Assembly (NCBI RefSeq): GCF_038871235.1
Contig: NZ_JAVZIN010000001.1
Location: 1-64,000, forward strand
Source: Candidatus Hadarchaeum sp.
GTDB taxonomy: Archaea > Hadarchaeota > Hadarchaeia > Hadarchaeales > Hadarchaeaceae
Reading direction: 5' to 3'
DNA: 64,000 nt
In this document: piece by piece, positions 46,956 through 56,204 of the stretch
How positions within the stretch are numbered: the stretch's first letter is position 1
Layout of the letters: the number at the start of each line of letters is the position of its first letter
Position numbers and translations under genes: made by a program
The notes under the pieces: model-generated
What the model was told of the DNA's origin: nothing
Databases searched by the model: none
What the model saw: the letters and a program-made list of their open reading frames with translations, nothing else

Positions 46956-47944
46956 ATCATCCTCCTCATCCCCTCAGCGACTGCGGCCACAACCTTAAGT
47001 TTTTGGAACGCGATTTCCCGCGGCAGATAGTCACCGAGGCCGCAGGAGGGATTTATGTAGACAGTGTCGCCTTTCAGGGACGGGAGCATCTGTTGTAGTT
47101 TCTCTAGCAGTTCTTCAGGTCTTTCCAGTTTAGTGTTTCTGCCGTCGATGAATCCCAATCCGATATCCTTGTCACAGCCCTGCTCTTCTATCACCTGAGG
47201 GAGCCTAGGACTGTAGGTAAAGTCTAGGCCGATTACGTCAATGGGAAGTTCAAGCATTTTTTCATAAAGTGGGGCCACGTCGCCGAAGTAGGTGTAGAGA
47301 GCCAAGTAGGAACTCCCCTTCTCTCCTGCGATGATTTCCACGGCTTCGCTGAAAAGTTCGAACTCTTCCGGATGCTTTAGGATGGCCGGTTCGTCGACTT
47401 GGATTATTTCGGCACCCTCCTCTTTCAAATCCTTCACCTCAGCCGCGATGATTTCGGCGAAGTTCCTAACGATTTTTTGAAGGCCCAGCCCACTCCTGTC
47501 AATCGAAAGCTTGGCTAACGTGTAGGGACCGGTCAATACCGGCTTCACCGGCTTTTTGGATACCTTCTTGGCAAAGGAGAACTCTCTCCTCAGCACCGCC
47601 CCACGCCGCGACAGCTTGCCCTCAATCACCGGCTGCCTGAAGTAAAAATTGGTGTCGAAGAACCGGAGTAACCCGTTGATCCTACAGCCATTGATCGCCC
47701 TAGCTAGGTGGGAGATTGGGTCGTACCAGCGTACCTGACCATCGGTGACGAGATCCAGCCCGGCCTTAATCTGTTCCTCAATAACTTCTTGAGTAATCTC
47801 ATCTTGGATTTTTTCAAATTCCTCCGTCGTGATCTCGCAACGCTCCAGCCGGGCGTAGGCTTGGCGGTGGCGCTGTTGTTCGGGACGATCGCCTATGCGG
47901 GGATAGCTCCCGGCACTGGTGGCCACAATCTTCATTTGAATCAT
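46952..47944 (-). CDS. MetE N-terminal-half homologue (split MetE partner)
   Basis: GSYPRI, TDGQVRWYD, RFFDTNFYFRQP, GPYT; lacks the HxC zinc motif. Confidence 0.85.
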   Translation of the reverse strand: MIQMKIVATSAGSYPRIGDRPEQQRHRQAYARLERCEITTEEFEKIQDEITQEVIEEQIKAGLDLVTDGQVRWYDPISHLARAINGCRINGLLRFFDTNFYFRQPVIEGKLSRRGAVLRREFSFAKKVSKKPVKPVLTGPYTLAKLSIDRSGLGLQKIVRNFAEIIAAEVKDLKEEGAEIIQVDEPAILKHPEEFELFSEAVEIIAGEKGSSYLALYTYFGDVAPLYEKMLELPIDVIGLDFTYSPRLPQVIEEQGCDKDIGLGFIDGRNTKLERPEELLEKLQQMLPSLKGDTVYINPSCGLGDYLPREIAFQKLKVVAAVAEGMRRMI

Positions 47945-48003
47945 ATTCGATATTTTCTTGAGAGTTAAATAGATACTCGATGAAGATAGAAGAGGGGGTA
48001 AAC

Positions 48004-48612
48004 ATGGAGATAGGGAAGAAATTCTATCCACATCCGAACCTGAAAAAGGTCTACTTTAGTTATCTGGCGCTTGCGGCCGCGGTGCCTCTGGCAGTTTGTC
48101 TGTTTGTTCTCTACGCAGCAGCGACCTATGCCCCAGAGCTCTGGCGCGGGAGCTGGCCCTATCTGATGTTGCCACTGGCGGCAGTGGTGATCATCATCGC
48201 CTTTGTTATCTATTGGATTCAAAAGTACTACGCCTCCATCTCGTACACGCTGACTTCCGATGAAGTGCTGGTCGAGCGGGGGGTCTGGTGGAAGATGAAG
48301 CACACGGTCCCCTATGCGAGGGTGATGTCGATAGACGTCATTCAAGGCCCGTTGTCCAGAAAATTTGGAATCGGCTCGGTGCAGATATACACCGCCGGAT
48401 ATACGGGTCCGGTAGGTGGAACCTCAGGACCCGGCTCCAGAGGCGCTGAGGCGTCAATCTGGGGTGTGACCAACTTTTTGGAGATAAGGGAGACCATATT
48501 GAGACATGTTAGAAGCAGGCCGTTATTCGGCGTGTCGGGCAAAGCACCCGCTGACGTTGGGACGGAGATATTGAAGGAACTGAGAAGCATAAGAAGAGCT
48601 CTGGCAAGGTGA
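48004..48612 (+). CDS. Membrane protein with bacterial PH domain (YdbS-like)
   Basis: Two TM segments, then Y.LT...V.VERG, VPY.R, QGPL.R.FG.G.V.I.TAG. Confidence 0.85.
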   Translation: MEIGKKFYPHPNLKKVYFSYLALAAAVPLAVCLFVLYAAATYAPELWRGSWPYLMLPLAAVVIIIAFVIYWIQKYYASISYTLTSDEVLVERGVWWKMKHTVPYARVMSIDVIQGPLSRKFGIGSVQIYTAGYTGPVGGTSGPGSRGAEASIWGVTNFLEIRETILRHVRSRPLFGVSGKAPADVGTEILKELRSIRRALAR

Positions 48613-48625
48613 ACTGGGTGAGTGG

Positions 48626-49546
48626 ATGGGCGAAGGGAAAGGTTACGGAAAAGTGATACTCTTCAATGAACACTTTGTCGTCTACGGCGTCCCTTCCATA
48701 GTGTCCGCCATCGAGAAGGCAACAGTTGCTAGGGTCGAACGAGGGGAGGGCTCAGGTTGGGTTCTGGATGACCGCAGGCCAGCCACGCCCGGTTACAAAG
48801 AGGAAAAGCAGGAGCAGCAACGCGATTCCATTGAGCGGGTTCTGAGGGCTGCCGGGGTGGATCTATCCAAGATCTCACTCAAAATAACCTTAGCGGGTGA
48901 CCTGGTAGCTGCCAGCGGAATTGGAGCGAGCGCGGCCTCTTGTGTGGCTCTAGCTAGGGCTCTTTCCCAGGAGTTTAACCTGTCTTTCTCGGATGAACAA
49001 ATCAACCAGATTGCCTACGAGGGTGAGAAGGCCTATCATGGGAATCCTTCCGGAGTGGACAACACTGCCGCGACCTATGGTGGGTTGCTCTGGTTCATCC
49101 GTGGAAAGCCGATAGAAAGGATCTCGATAAAGCGCCCGGTTGAGATAGTGATGGGCAACACTGGTCTAGTCGCCAACACCGAGGCGGCTGTGGCTGGAGT
49201 CAGGGAACGCCGCCAGAAGAACTCGGTTAAATATGAGAAGATTTTCAAGGAGGCGGAGGAACTGGCCTATATAGCGAGGAAGGCGCTTGTGGACTATGAC
49301 CTTAGAACGGTCGGAATGCTTATGGACAGAAATCACCAGCTTCTGCAGGCGATTGAGGTTTCCTGCAAAGAGCTGGATTTCTTGGTCGAGCTAGCCCGGG
49401 AAAATGGCGCCTACGGGGCGAAGATGACGGGCGGCGGACTGGGTGGCAACATGGTGGCGCTCACCCCAGGCAAGGACCTTCAGGAAAGGGTGGCCCGGGC
49501 TATAATAAAGGAGGGCTTTGAGGCCCTGATGATGCGGATAGGGTGA
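48626..49546 (+). CDS. mvk: Mevalonate kinase
   Basis: GKVILFNEHFVVYG, SGIGASAA, HGNPSGVD, GAKMTGGG.GG motifs. Confidence 0.94.
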   Translation: MGEGKGYGKVILFNEHFVVYGVPSIVSAIEKATVARVERGEGSGWVLDDRRPATPGYKEEKQEQQRDSIERVLRAAGVDLSKISLKITLAGDLVAASGIGASAASCVALARALSQEFNLSFSDEQINQIAYEGEKAYHGNPSGVDNTAATYGGLLWFIRGKPIERISIKRPVEIVMGNTGLVANTEAAVAGVRERRQKNSVKYEKIFKEAEELAYIARKALVDYDLRTVGMLMDRNHQLLQAIEVSCKELDFLVELARENGAYGAKMTGGGLGGNMVALTPGKDLQERVARAIIKEGFEALMMRIG

Positions 49547-49550
49547 TGTC

Positions 49551-50822
49551 TTGGATCTGCGCAGTTTTTTAAAAGTGCTTGATGAAAGGGGTCTGCTCAC
49601 GAGGATCAGGCGCCCCGTCGACACAAGGTATGAGATTTCGACCCTGATGAGGCTCAGAAATGATCGGCCACTGCTGTTTGAAAACGTCAAGGGATTTTCC
49701 ATGCCCGTGGTAGCTAACCTTTGCTCCACGCGCGAGCTGGTGGCCTTAGGCCTAGGCATAAAACCCAATGAGATCATCTCAAAGCTGGCTTGGGCGATTG
49801 ATCACCCGAAGGAACCCAAGCTGGTTAAAGCTGAGGGTTATCGTGAAGTTTCTGCCGACCTCACCCAATTTCCGATATTGCTGCATTATCCGTTCGACGG
49901 AGGACCTTACCTTTCCTCAGCCGTGGTAATCGCGCGGGACCCGGAACTCGGTTTAAATGCTTCTTTCCACAGGATGATGGTGGTCGGAAAGGACAGAGTG
50001 GTGGTCAGGATATTGCCGCGCGATTTCGATGCCTTTCTCAAACGCGGGAATAAGGAGTTCGCCATCTGCGTCGGCTGTTCGGTTCCGGTGCTGGTTGCAG
50101 CGGCGGTCTCGGTGGAACTGGGAAAGAGCGAGCTGAGCATCGCCAATGCGCTGGGCGAAACCAACCTGATTGAACTGGGGGGACACAAGGTACCAGAAGC
50201 AGAAATAGTGATGATTGCCGAGATGACGGGGGAGGAGCAGGAAGAAGGCCCGTTTGTTGACCTCACGGAGATCCCCGACATGGTGAGGAGGCAGCCGGTG
50301 GCCAAAATCAAGAGGGTGTTTGTCAGGGAGGGGGCCGTTTATCAGGCGCTGCTTCCGGGAGGTCTGGAGCACAAGACGCTGATGGGCATGCCACGGGAGC
50401 CGACGATCTTTCGCGAGGTTAACAGTGTCTGCGAGTGTAAGGATGTTTATATTACCCCTGGTGGCTGCTCATGGCTCCACGCCGTGGTCAGCATAAAGAA
50501 GAAGAACCCGGATGACGGCAGAAAGGCGATTGAGGCGGCGTTCAGGGGGCATAAATCCTTGAAGCACGTCTGGGTGGTTGACGATGACATCGACGTTCAC
50601 AACCCGCATGAGGTCGAATGGGCAATGGCCACGAGATTTCAGGGTGATCGGGACATCATAATGAAAAAGGAACCGGGATCTTCTCTTGACCCCTCATCGG
50701 ACATGAAGACGAGGATGACTACTAAGATGGGCTTTGATTTAACGGTGCCTTGGGGAGAAGGTCAGAAAGGTTTCTTCAAGCCAGAGCCCCCGTTGAAACT
50801 GGACTTTGATAGCTATCTGTAA
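49551..50822 (+). CDS. UbiD-family decarboxylase (likely anhydromevalonate phosphate decarboxylase)
   Basis: DGGPY, N.SFHR, EGPF, VDDDID, GSSLDPS motifs; follows mvk. Confidence 0.9.
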   Translation: MDLRSFLKVLDERGLLTRIRRPVDTRYEISTLMRLRNDRPLLFENVKGFSMPVVANLCSTRELVALGLGIKPNEIISKLAWAIDHPKEPKLVKAEGYREVSADLTQFPILLHYPFDGGPYLSSAVVIARDPELGLNASFHRMMVVGKDRVVVRILPRDFDAFLKRGNKEFAICVGCSVPVLVAAAVSVELGKSELSIANALGETNLIELGGHKVPEAEIVMIAEMTGEEQEEGPFVDLTEIPDMVRRQPVAKIKRVFVREGAVYQALLPGGLEHKTLMGMPREPTIFREVNSVCECKDVYITPGGCSWLHAVVSIKKKNPDDGRKAIEAAFRGHKSLKHVWVVDDDIDVHNPHEVEWAMATRFQGDRDIIMKKEPGSSLDPSSDMKTRMTTKMGFDLTVPWGEGQKGFFKPEPPLKLDFDSYL

Positions 50823-51045
50823 ATTATAAAACGATGTTAAGTGTTGGCACTACCGGGGGAACCAAGTTCGAGTATCAACAGCGGATGTTATTGATCTGCA
50901 CACGTGTGCACAGTCTAAATAGTCGAGTTGCAAAAGTACAAAAGATAAAATTTAAAAAATCTGGTAAATTAAAAAGGTTATAGTCGCGGGAATTTAACGG
51001 CTTGAAATGATACCGTTTGAGATCAGTTTTTCTGAGGTGGGTGTA

Positions 51046-51558
51046 ATGGCTGCGGAGATGAAGATGGAGCCGGAAACACAGAAATTGCAGGAGAAACTGG
51101 CGGAACTGCAGAAAGAGATGGAGGAGAAGACCAAGCTAGCTGAGGAGAGGTTGAACCAGCTGAAGTACCTGCAGGCCGATTTTGAGAACTACCGGAAGAG
51201 CTTGGATCGGGAAAAAGAGCAGATCATTGAGCTGGCAAACGAGTGTTTAATCAAGGATTTGCTGGTCGTGCTGGATGATTTCGAGAGGGCCCTGCAGTCG
51301 ATGAAGGAAGGAAAGGACAAGGAGGGGCTTTCCATGCTTTATAAAAACTTTTTCAAGATTCTGGAACAGCACGGGCTGAAACCGATTGAAGCGCTGGGGA
51401 AGAAGTTTGATCCCTACTATCATGAGGCGGTCTTGCGGGAAAAGTCGGATCGGGAGGAGGGGACCATCCTCGAGGAGTTTCAGAGGGGGTATATGCTTAA
51501 ATCTAAAGTTATCAGACACTCAAAAGTGAAAGTCGCTGAAAAATCAACTGAGGGGTGA
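51046..51558 (+). CDS. grpE: Nucleotide exchange factor GrpE
   Basis: [25 protein letters not shown] motifs. Confidence 0.97.
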   Translation: MAAEMKMEPETQKLQEKLAELQKEMEEKTKLAEERLNQLKYLQADFENYRKSLDREKEQIIELANECLIKDLLVVLDDFERALQSMKEGKDKEGLSMLYKNFFKILEQHGLKPIEALGKKFDPYYHEAVLREKSDREEGTILEEFQRGYMLKSKVIRHSKVKVAEKSTEG

Positions 51559-51562
51559 TTTC

Positions 51563-53431
51563 ATGGCCAAGGAGAAGATTATCGGGATAGATCTCGGCAC
51601 CTCGAACAGCCAGGCCGCGGTCGTGATTGGAGGCAAGCCCACCATCATACCTTCTGCTGAGGGGGCCACCGTGGCCGGGAAGATGTTTCCCTCAGTGGTG
51701 GCGTTCACCAAGGACGGGCAGCTGCTGGTGGGAGAGCCGGCGAGAAGACAGGCTGTTTCCAACCCTGAAGGGACCGTTATCGGCGTGAAGAGAAAAATGG
51801 GGACGGACTACAGGTACAAAATTTATGGAAAGGAATACACTCCACAGCAGATCTCGGCTTTCATCCTGCAGAAGATAAAGAGGGACGCCGAGGCATTTCT
51901 CGGAGAGGAGGTCAAGAAGGCAGTAATCACCGTACCGGCTTACTTCAATGATAACCAGAGAACGGCGACCAAAGATGCCGGAACCATCGCCGGTCTGGAG
52001 GTGGTGAGGCTGGTCAACGAGCCCACCGCGGCGGCGATGGCCTACGGTCTGGACAAGGAAGGCGAGCACAAGATCCTAGTCTTTGACTTCGGCGGTGGCA
52101 CCCTTGATGTCACCATCATGGAGTTTGGTGAGGGGACTTTCACCGTTCTGTCGACCTCGGGAGATACCCAGCTCGGCGGCACCGACATGGACAACGCCAT
52201 CATCGATTGGATCGTGGAGAGGTTCCGGGAGCAGGAGGGCATCGATCTGAGGAAGGACAAGATGGCGATGCAGCGGATCAGGGAGGCCGCGGAAAAGGCC
52301 AAAATTGAGCTCTCCACCGTCCTTGAAACTGAAATAAACTTACCCTACATAACCGCGGACAAGGACGGGCCAAAGCACCTCTCCATGAAGTTGACCCGAG
52401 CCAAACTGGAGCAGCTGGTTGAACCCATCATCAACCGATGCATCGGTCCGATTGAGCAGGCGCTTGCCGATGCTAAGTTGACTAAGGATGATATTGACAA
52501 GGTGATACTGGTCGGGGGCCCCACGAGGATGCCCTGCGTCCAGAGGTTTGTGGAGGAGAAGATCGGCAAGAAGGTAGTGAGGGGGATTGACCCCATGGAG
52601 TGCGTTGCCATGGGCGCCGCCATTCAGGGGGCAATCTTGGCCGGGGACATCAAGGACATTGTTCTGCTCGATGTCACGCCGCTCACCCTAGGGATTGAGA
52701 CGCTAGGAGGTGTGATGACCCCAATCATCCCAAGGAACACCACGATACCGGTGAGGAAGAGCCAGATCTTCACCACTGTTTCAGATTTCCAGACGGCGGT
52801 AACTATCCACGTGTTGCAGGGAGAAAGGACGATGGCCGCCGACAACACCAGTTTGGGTAAGTTCAACCTCGTGGGCATTCCTCCCGCCCCCAGAGGGATA
52901 CCTCAAATCGAGGTCACCTTTGACATCGACGCTTCAGGGATTTTGCACGTCTCGGCGAAGGACCTCGGCACCGGAAAGGAACAGAAGATCACGATAACGG
53001 CATCGACGAAGCTTTCGGACAAAGAGATCGAGCGGATGATCAAGGAGGCCAAAGAGCACGAGGAGGAGGACCGGAGAAAGAAGGAGGAGGTTGAGTTAAG
53101 GAACAATGCCGACTCTCTTATCTATACCACGGAGAAGACCCTTTCCGAACTCGGGGAGAAGCTGAGCCAGGAGCAGAAAGAAAAGGTTGAGTCAGCGGTG
53201 AAGTCGCTCAAGACGGCGCTGGAGGGCAAGGACGTGGGCAAGATCAGGGAGGAGATGGAGAAATTACAGAAGGTACTGCAGGAGGCGGGAGCCGCCATCT
53301 ACCAAGAAGCGGCGCGAAGGTATGCTGAGGAGCAAGCCAAGCAAAAGGCAGGATCAGAAAAGGCGGAGGACAGGGAAAACGCAAAGAAAAAGGACAAAGT
53401 GATCGACGCCGACTTCAAGGTGAAAGAATAA
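51563..53431 (+). CDS. dnaK: Chaperone DnaK
   Basis: [38 protein letters not shown] motifs. Confidence 0.99.
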   Translation: MAKEKIIGIDLGTSNSQAAVVIGGKPTIIPSAEGATVAGKMFPSVVAFTKDGQLLVGEPARRQAVSNPEGTVIGVKRKMGTDYRYKIYGKEYTPQQISAFILQKIKRDAEAFLGEEVKKAVITVPAYFNDNQRTATKDAGTIAGLEVVRLVNEPTAAAMAYGLDKEGEHKILVFDFGGGTLDVTIMEFGEGTFTVLSTSGDTQLGGTDMDNAIIDWIVERFREQEGIDLRKDKMAMQRIREAAEKAKIELSTVLETEINLPYITADKDGPKHLSMKLTRAKLEQLVEPIINRCIGPIEQALADAKLTKDDIDKVILVGGPTRMPCVQRFVEEKIGKKVVRGIDPMECVAMGAAIQGAILAGDIKDIVLLDVTPLTLGIETLGGVMTPIIPRNTTIPVRKSQIFTTVSDFQTAVTIHVLQGERTMAADNTSLGKFNLVGIPPAPRGIPQIEVTFDIDASGILHVSAKDLGTGKEQKITITASTKLSDKEIERMIKEAKEHEEEDRRKKEEVELRNNADSLIYTTEKTLSELGEKLSQEQKEKVESAVKSLKTALEGKDVGKIREEMEKLQKVLQEAGAAIYQEAARRYAEEQAKQKAGSEKAEDRENAKKKDKVIDADFKVKE

Positions 53432-53448
53432 TTTCCCTTTAGATTAAT

Positions 53449-54555
53449 ATGACCAAGAAGGACTACTACGAGATCCTAGGGGTGAGCAGGGATGCCAGCC
53501 CCGAGGAGATAAAGAGGGCCTTTCGGCAGCTGGCTAGAAAGTACCATCCTGATGTCAATCCTGGGAACAAGGAGGCCGAGGAAAAGTTCAAGGAAATAAA
53601 CGAGGCCTTCCAAGTCCTAAGCGACCCGCAGAAGCGGGCCCAGTATGACCAGTTTGGCCACGCCGCCTTCAGACCTGAGGACTTGGCTGGCTTCAGGTGG
53701 CCGAGCTTCGATGACCTATTCAGGGATCTGGGCTTTGGTGACATCTTTGACGTTTTTTCCGGCTTTGAGGAGAGGGAACGGGCCAGAGAAGGGCGGGACC
53801 TGAGCCTAGAAGTGGAAATTTCACTGGAAGAAGCCTTCCGCGGGCTGACCACGACCATTGAGGTTCCTCATTTTTCCGAATGTTCGGCTTGCAATGGGAC
53901 GGGGGCAAAACCAGGATATCTGAAGAAGTGTAACAATTGCGGCGGCACCGGTGAAATCAGGAGGATCCAGAGAAGTGCTTTTGCTCAGGTCGTCAACATA
54001 ACCACCTGCCCCAGATGTCGGGGAACGGGAAAAGTGATCGAACGGCCCTGTGAGGCCTGCCGGGGAAGCGGTAAGGTCAAGAAGGTCAAAAAGATCGAGG
54101 TCAAGATTCCGAGGGGCGTCAGCGATGGACAGTATCTGAGGATCCCAGGTGAGGGTGAACCGGGTGAGCGGGGTGGTCCTCCGGGTGATCTCTACGTGGT
54201 GGTTAGGGTAAAAGAACACGAGATCTTTGAAAGACATGAAGATGACCTCTTCTGCCTGACCACGATAGACCTTGGCACCGCTATTTTTGGTGGGGAAGTT
54301 GAGGTGCCGACGATAAACGGAAAAGCTATCCTGAGGATTCCTCCCGGAACACAGAGCCACACTGTGTTCAGGCTGAGGGGTCTGGGAATGCCCAACGTCC
54401 GCACGGGAAGAAGAGGCGATCAGCTGGTAAAGGTGGTCGTAGAGATACCGGAAAGGGTACCGAAGGAGAAGGAGCCCTTGTTCAGGGAAATTTTCGAGAA
54501 AAAAGCGAAGACTAAGAGGGGGTTCTTCGAGAGATTGAGGGAGCGCGTCGGCTAG
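53449..54555 (+). CDS. dnaJ: Chaperone DnaJ
   Basis: J domain with HPD; four CxxCxGxG repeats. Confidence 0.99.
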   Translation: MTKKDYYEILGVSRDASPEEIKRAFRQLARKYHPDVNPGNKEAEEKFKEINEAFQVLSDPQKRAQYDQFGHAAFRPEDLAGFRWPSFDDLFRDLGFGDIFDVFSGFEERERAREGRDLSLEVEISLEEAFRGLTTTIEVPHFSECSACNGTGAKPGYLKKCNNCGGTGEIRRIQRSAFAQVVNITTCPRCRGTGKVIERPCEACRGSGKVKKVKKIEVKIPRGVSDGQYLRIPGEGEPGERGGPPGDLYVVVRVKEHEIFERHEDDLFCLTTIDLGTAIFGGEVEVPTINGKAILRIPPGTQSHTVFRLRGLGMPNVRTGRRGDQLVKVVVEIPERVPKEKEPLFREIFEKKAKTKRGFFERLRERVG

Positions 54556-54621
54556 CGTTCCGTCTTCTGCCCCTGCAGGAAAAGAGATTAAATTAAGCGG
54601 GTTCTATTTTTAGCTGATTTC

Positions 54622-55809
54622 ATGTATTTGACGAAGGACCAAGAACGCATGCTCTCGGGCGAGGAGGGTGAGGTCGTCGAGAGGATGTTCCGGCTGCTGG
54701 TGCGGCTGGGGGATATCTACGGTGCCGACCGCATGATTCCCATCGCCTCGGCTCAAGTCGCCGGTGTTTCCTATAAGTCGATTGGAGACCCGGGCCTCGA
54801 GTTCTTGGAGGATATAGCAGCCAAGGGCGCCAAGGTAAGAATTCCCACGACGCTGAACCCCCCCGGCATGGACCTCGTTGACTGGAGGGAGCTTGGCTTT
54901 CCGGAGGATTTCGCCGAGAAGCAGTTGCGAATAATGGAGGCCTTCAGGAAGATGGGCATCATGATGACCGCGACCTGCACCCCATATCTCGTGGGAAATT
55001 TACCGCGCTTCGGGGAGCACATCGCTTGGTCGGAGTCCTCGGCGGTTTCCTTTGCCAACTCAGTGATCGGAGCGCGGACGAATCGGGAGGGTGGACCTTC
55101 AGCGCTGGCGGCGGCCATCTGCGGACTGACGCCCAACTACGGCTTGCACCTTGACGAAAATAGGAAACCTAGCTACCTGATTGAGGTCAAGGCCGAGTTG
55201 AGGAACACCTCAGATTTCGGTGCTCTGGGTTATCATGTGGGTAAGATCGTCAAGGATAAAATTCCTTATTTCCGGGGCATTAGGGAGGCAGATGTGGACC
55301 AGCTGAAGGCGCTGGGAGCGGCAATGGCGGCCTCAGGGGCCGTAGCACTCTACCACGTCGAGGGAATTACTCCCGAGGCCAAACAGATGGATATCTCGGG
55401 CTTGGAGAGGGTTGAAGTTGGAGAGCAGGAGCTCCGTGCGGCTTATGAGAAGCTCAACACTGGTTCGAGCCCGGACATCGTCATCCTCGGTTGCCCCCAT
55501 GCCTCGCTTAAAGAGATCGCGACGCTGGCCAGCAAGCTGGAGGGGAAAAGACTCAGAAAGCCGGTTTGGATCTGTACCTCGCGTGCAACCAAAGAGGCGG
55601 CAACCAGAATGGGGCTGACGGGAGCCATAGAGGCGGCCGGAGGAAGGGTTGTTGCCGACACCTGCACCGTGGTTTCACCGATCGAGCGAATGGGTTACCG
55701 GACCGTCGGAGTCGACTCCGGGAAGGCGGCGAACTACCTCCCGGGGTTCTGCAAGCAACAGGTGGTCTTCAAGAGCCTTGATGAATTGCTGGAGGAAATG
55801 ATGGCATGA
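54622..55809 (+). CDS. Aconitase X catalytic subunit (phosphomevalonate dehydratase large subunit)
   Basis: GVSYKSIG, TCTPY, WSESSA, NSV.GARTNREG, GCPH, DTC motifs. Confidence 0.92.
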   Translation: MYLTKDQERMLSGEEGEVVERMFRLLVRLGDIYGADRMIPIASAQVAGVSYKSIGDPGLEFLEDIAAKGAKVRIPTTLNPPGMDLVDWRELGFPEDFAEKQLRIMEAFRKMGIMMTATCTPYLVGNLPRFGEHIAWSESSAVSFANSVIGARTNREGGPSALAAAICGLTPNYGLHLDENRKPSYLIEVKAELRNTSDFGALGYHVGKIVKDKIPYFRGIREADVDQLKALGAAMAASGAVALYHVEGITPEAKQMDISGLERVEVGEQELRAAYEKLNTGSSPDIVILGCPHASLKEIATLASKLEGKRLRKPVWICTSRATKEAATRMGLTGAIEAAGGRVVADTCTVVSPIERMGYRTVGVDSGKAANYLPGFCKQQVVFKSLDELLEEMMA

Positions 55810-56195
55810 AGGGACGGATGATTAGCCCTGGAAAGGCGGCTGGTGAGGCCTTGGTTTCGAGATCCCCGCTCAGCTTCTACGGTGGCATCGATCCCAAGAC
55901 AGGAATAGTCATTGAAAAAGGTCACGAGCTTGAGGGTGAGTGTGTCAAGGATAAAATTCTGGTTTTCCCTCAGGGAAAGGGTTCAACCGTGGGCTCCTAC
56001 GTCATTTACGGGTTGAAGAAGAACGGCGTGGCCCCGGCGGCAATAGTGAATCAGGAAACGGAAACCATCGTGGCGACGGGAGTCATCTTGGCCGGGATAC
56101 CCTGTGTCGACAAAATTGATATAAATAAAATCAGGACCGGAGACAAGCTGGTGGTCGACGCCGACAACGCGACCGTGGAGCTAGTTCAAGGCTGA
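55806..56195 (+). CDS. Aconitase X swivel subunit (phosphomevalonate dehydratase small subunit, DUF126)
   Basis: LSFYGGIDP.TG, GKGSTVGS, APAA motifs. Confidence 0.92.
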   Translation: MKGRMISPGKAAGEALVSRSPLSFYGGIDPKTGIVIEKGHELEGECVKDKILVFPQGKGSTVGSYVIYGLKKNGVAPAAIVNQETETIVATGVILAGIPCVDKIDINKIRTGDKLVVDADNATVELVQG

Positions 56196-56204
56196 TTTAA
56201 TTTG

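Noticed and set aside
50844-50878. CIRCE-like half sites TTGGCACTA...GAGTATCAA upstream of the dnaK operon
   Set aside because: The spacing is 17 nt rather than 9, the half sites are mismatched, and no hrcA is visible in the window.
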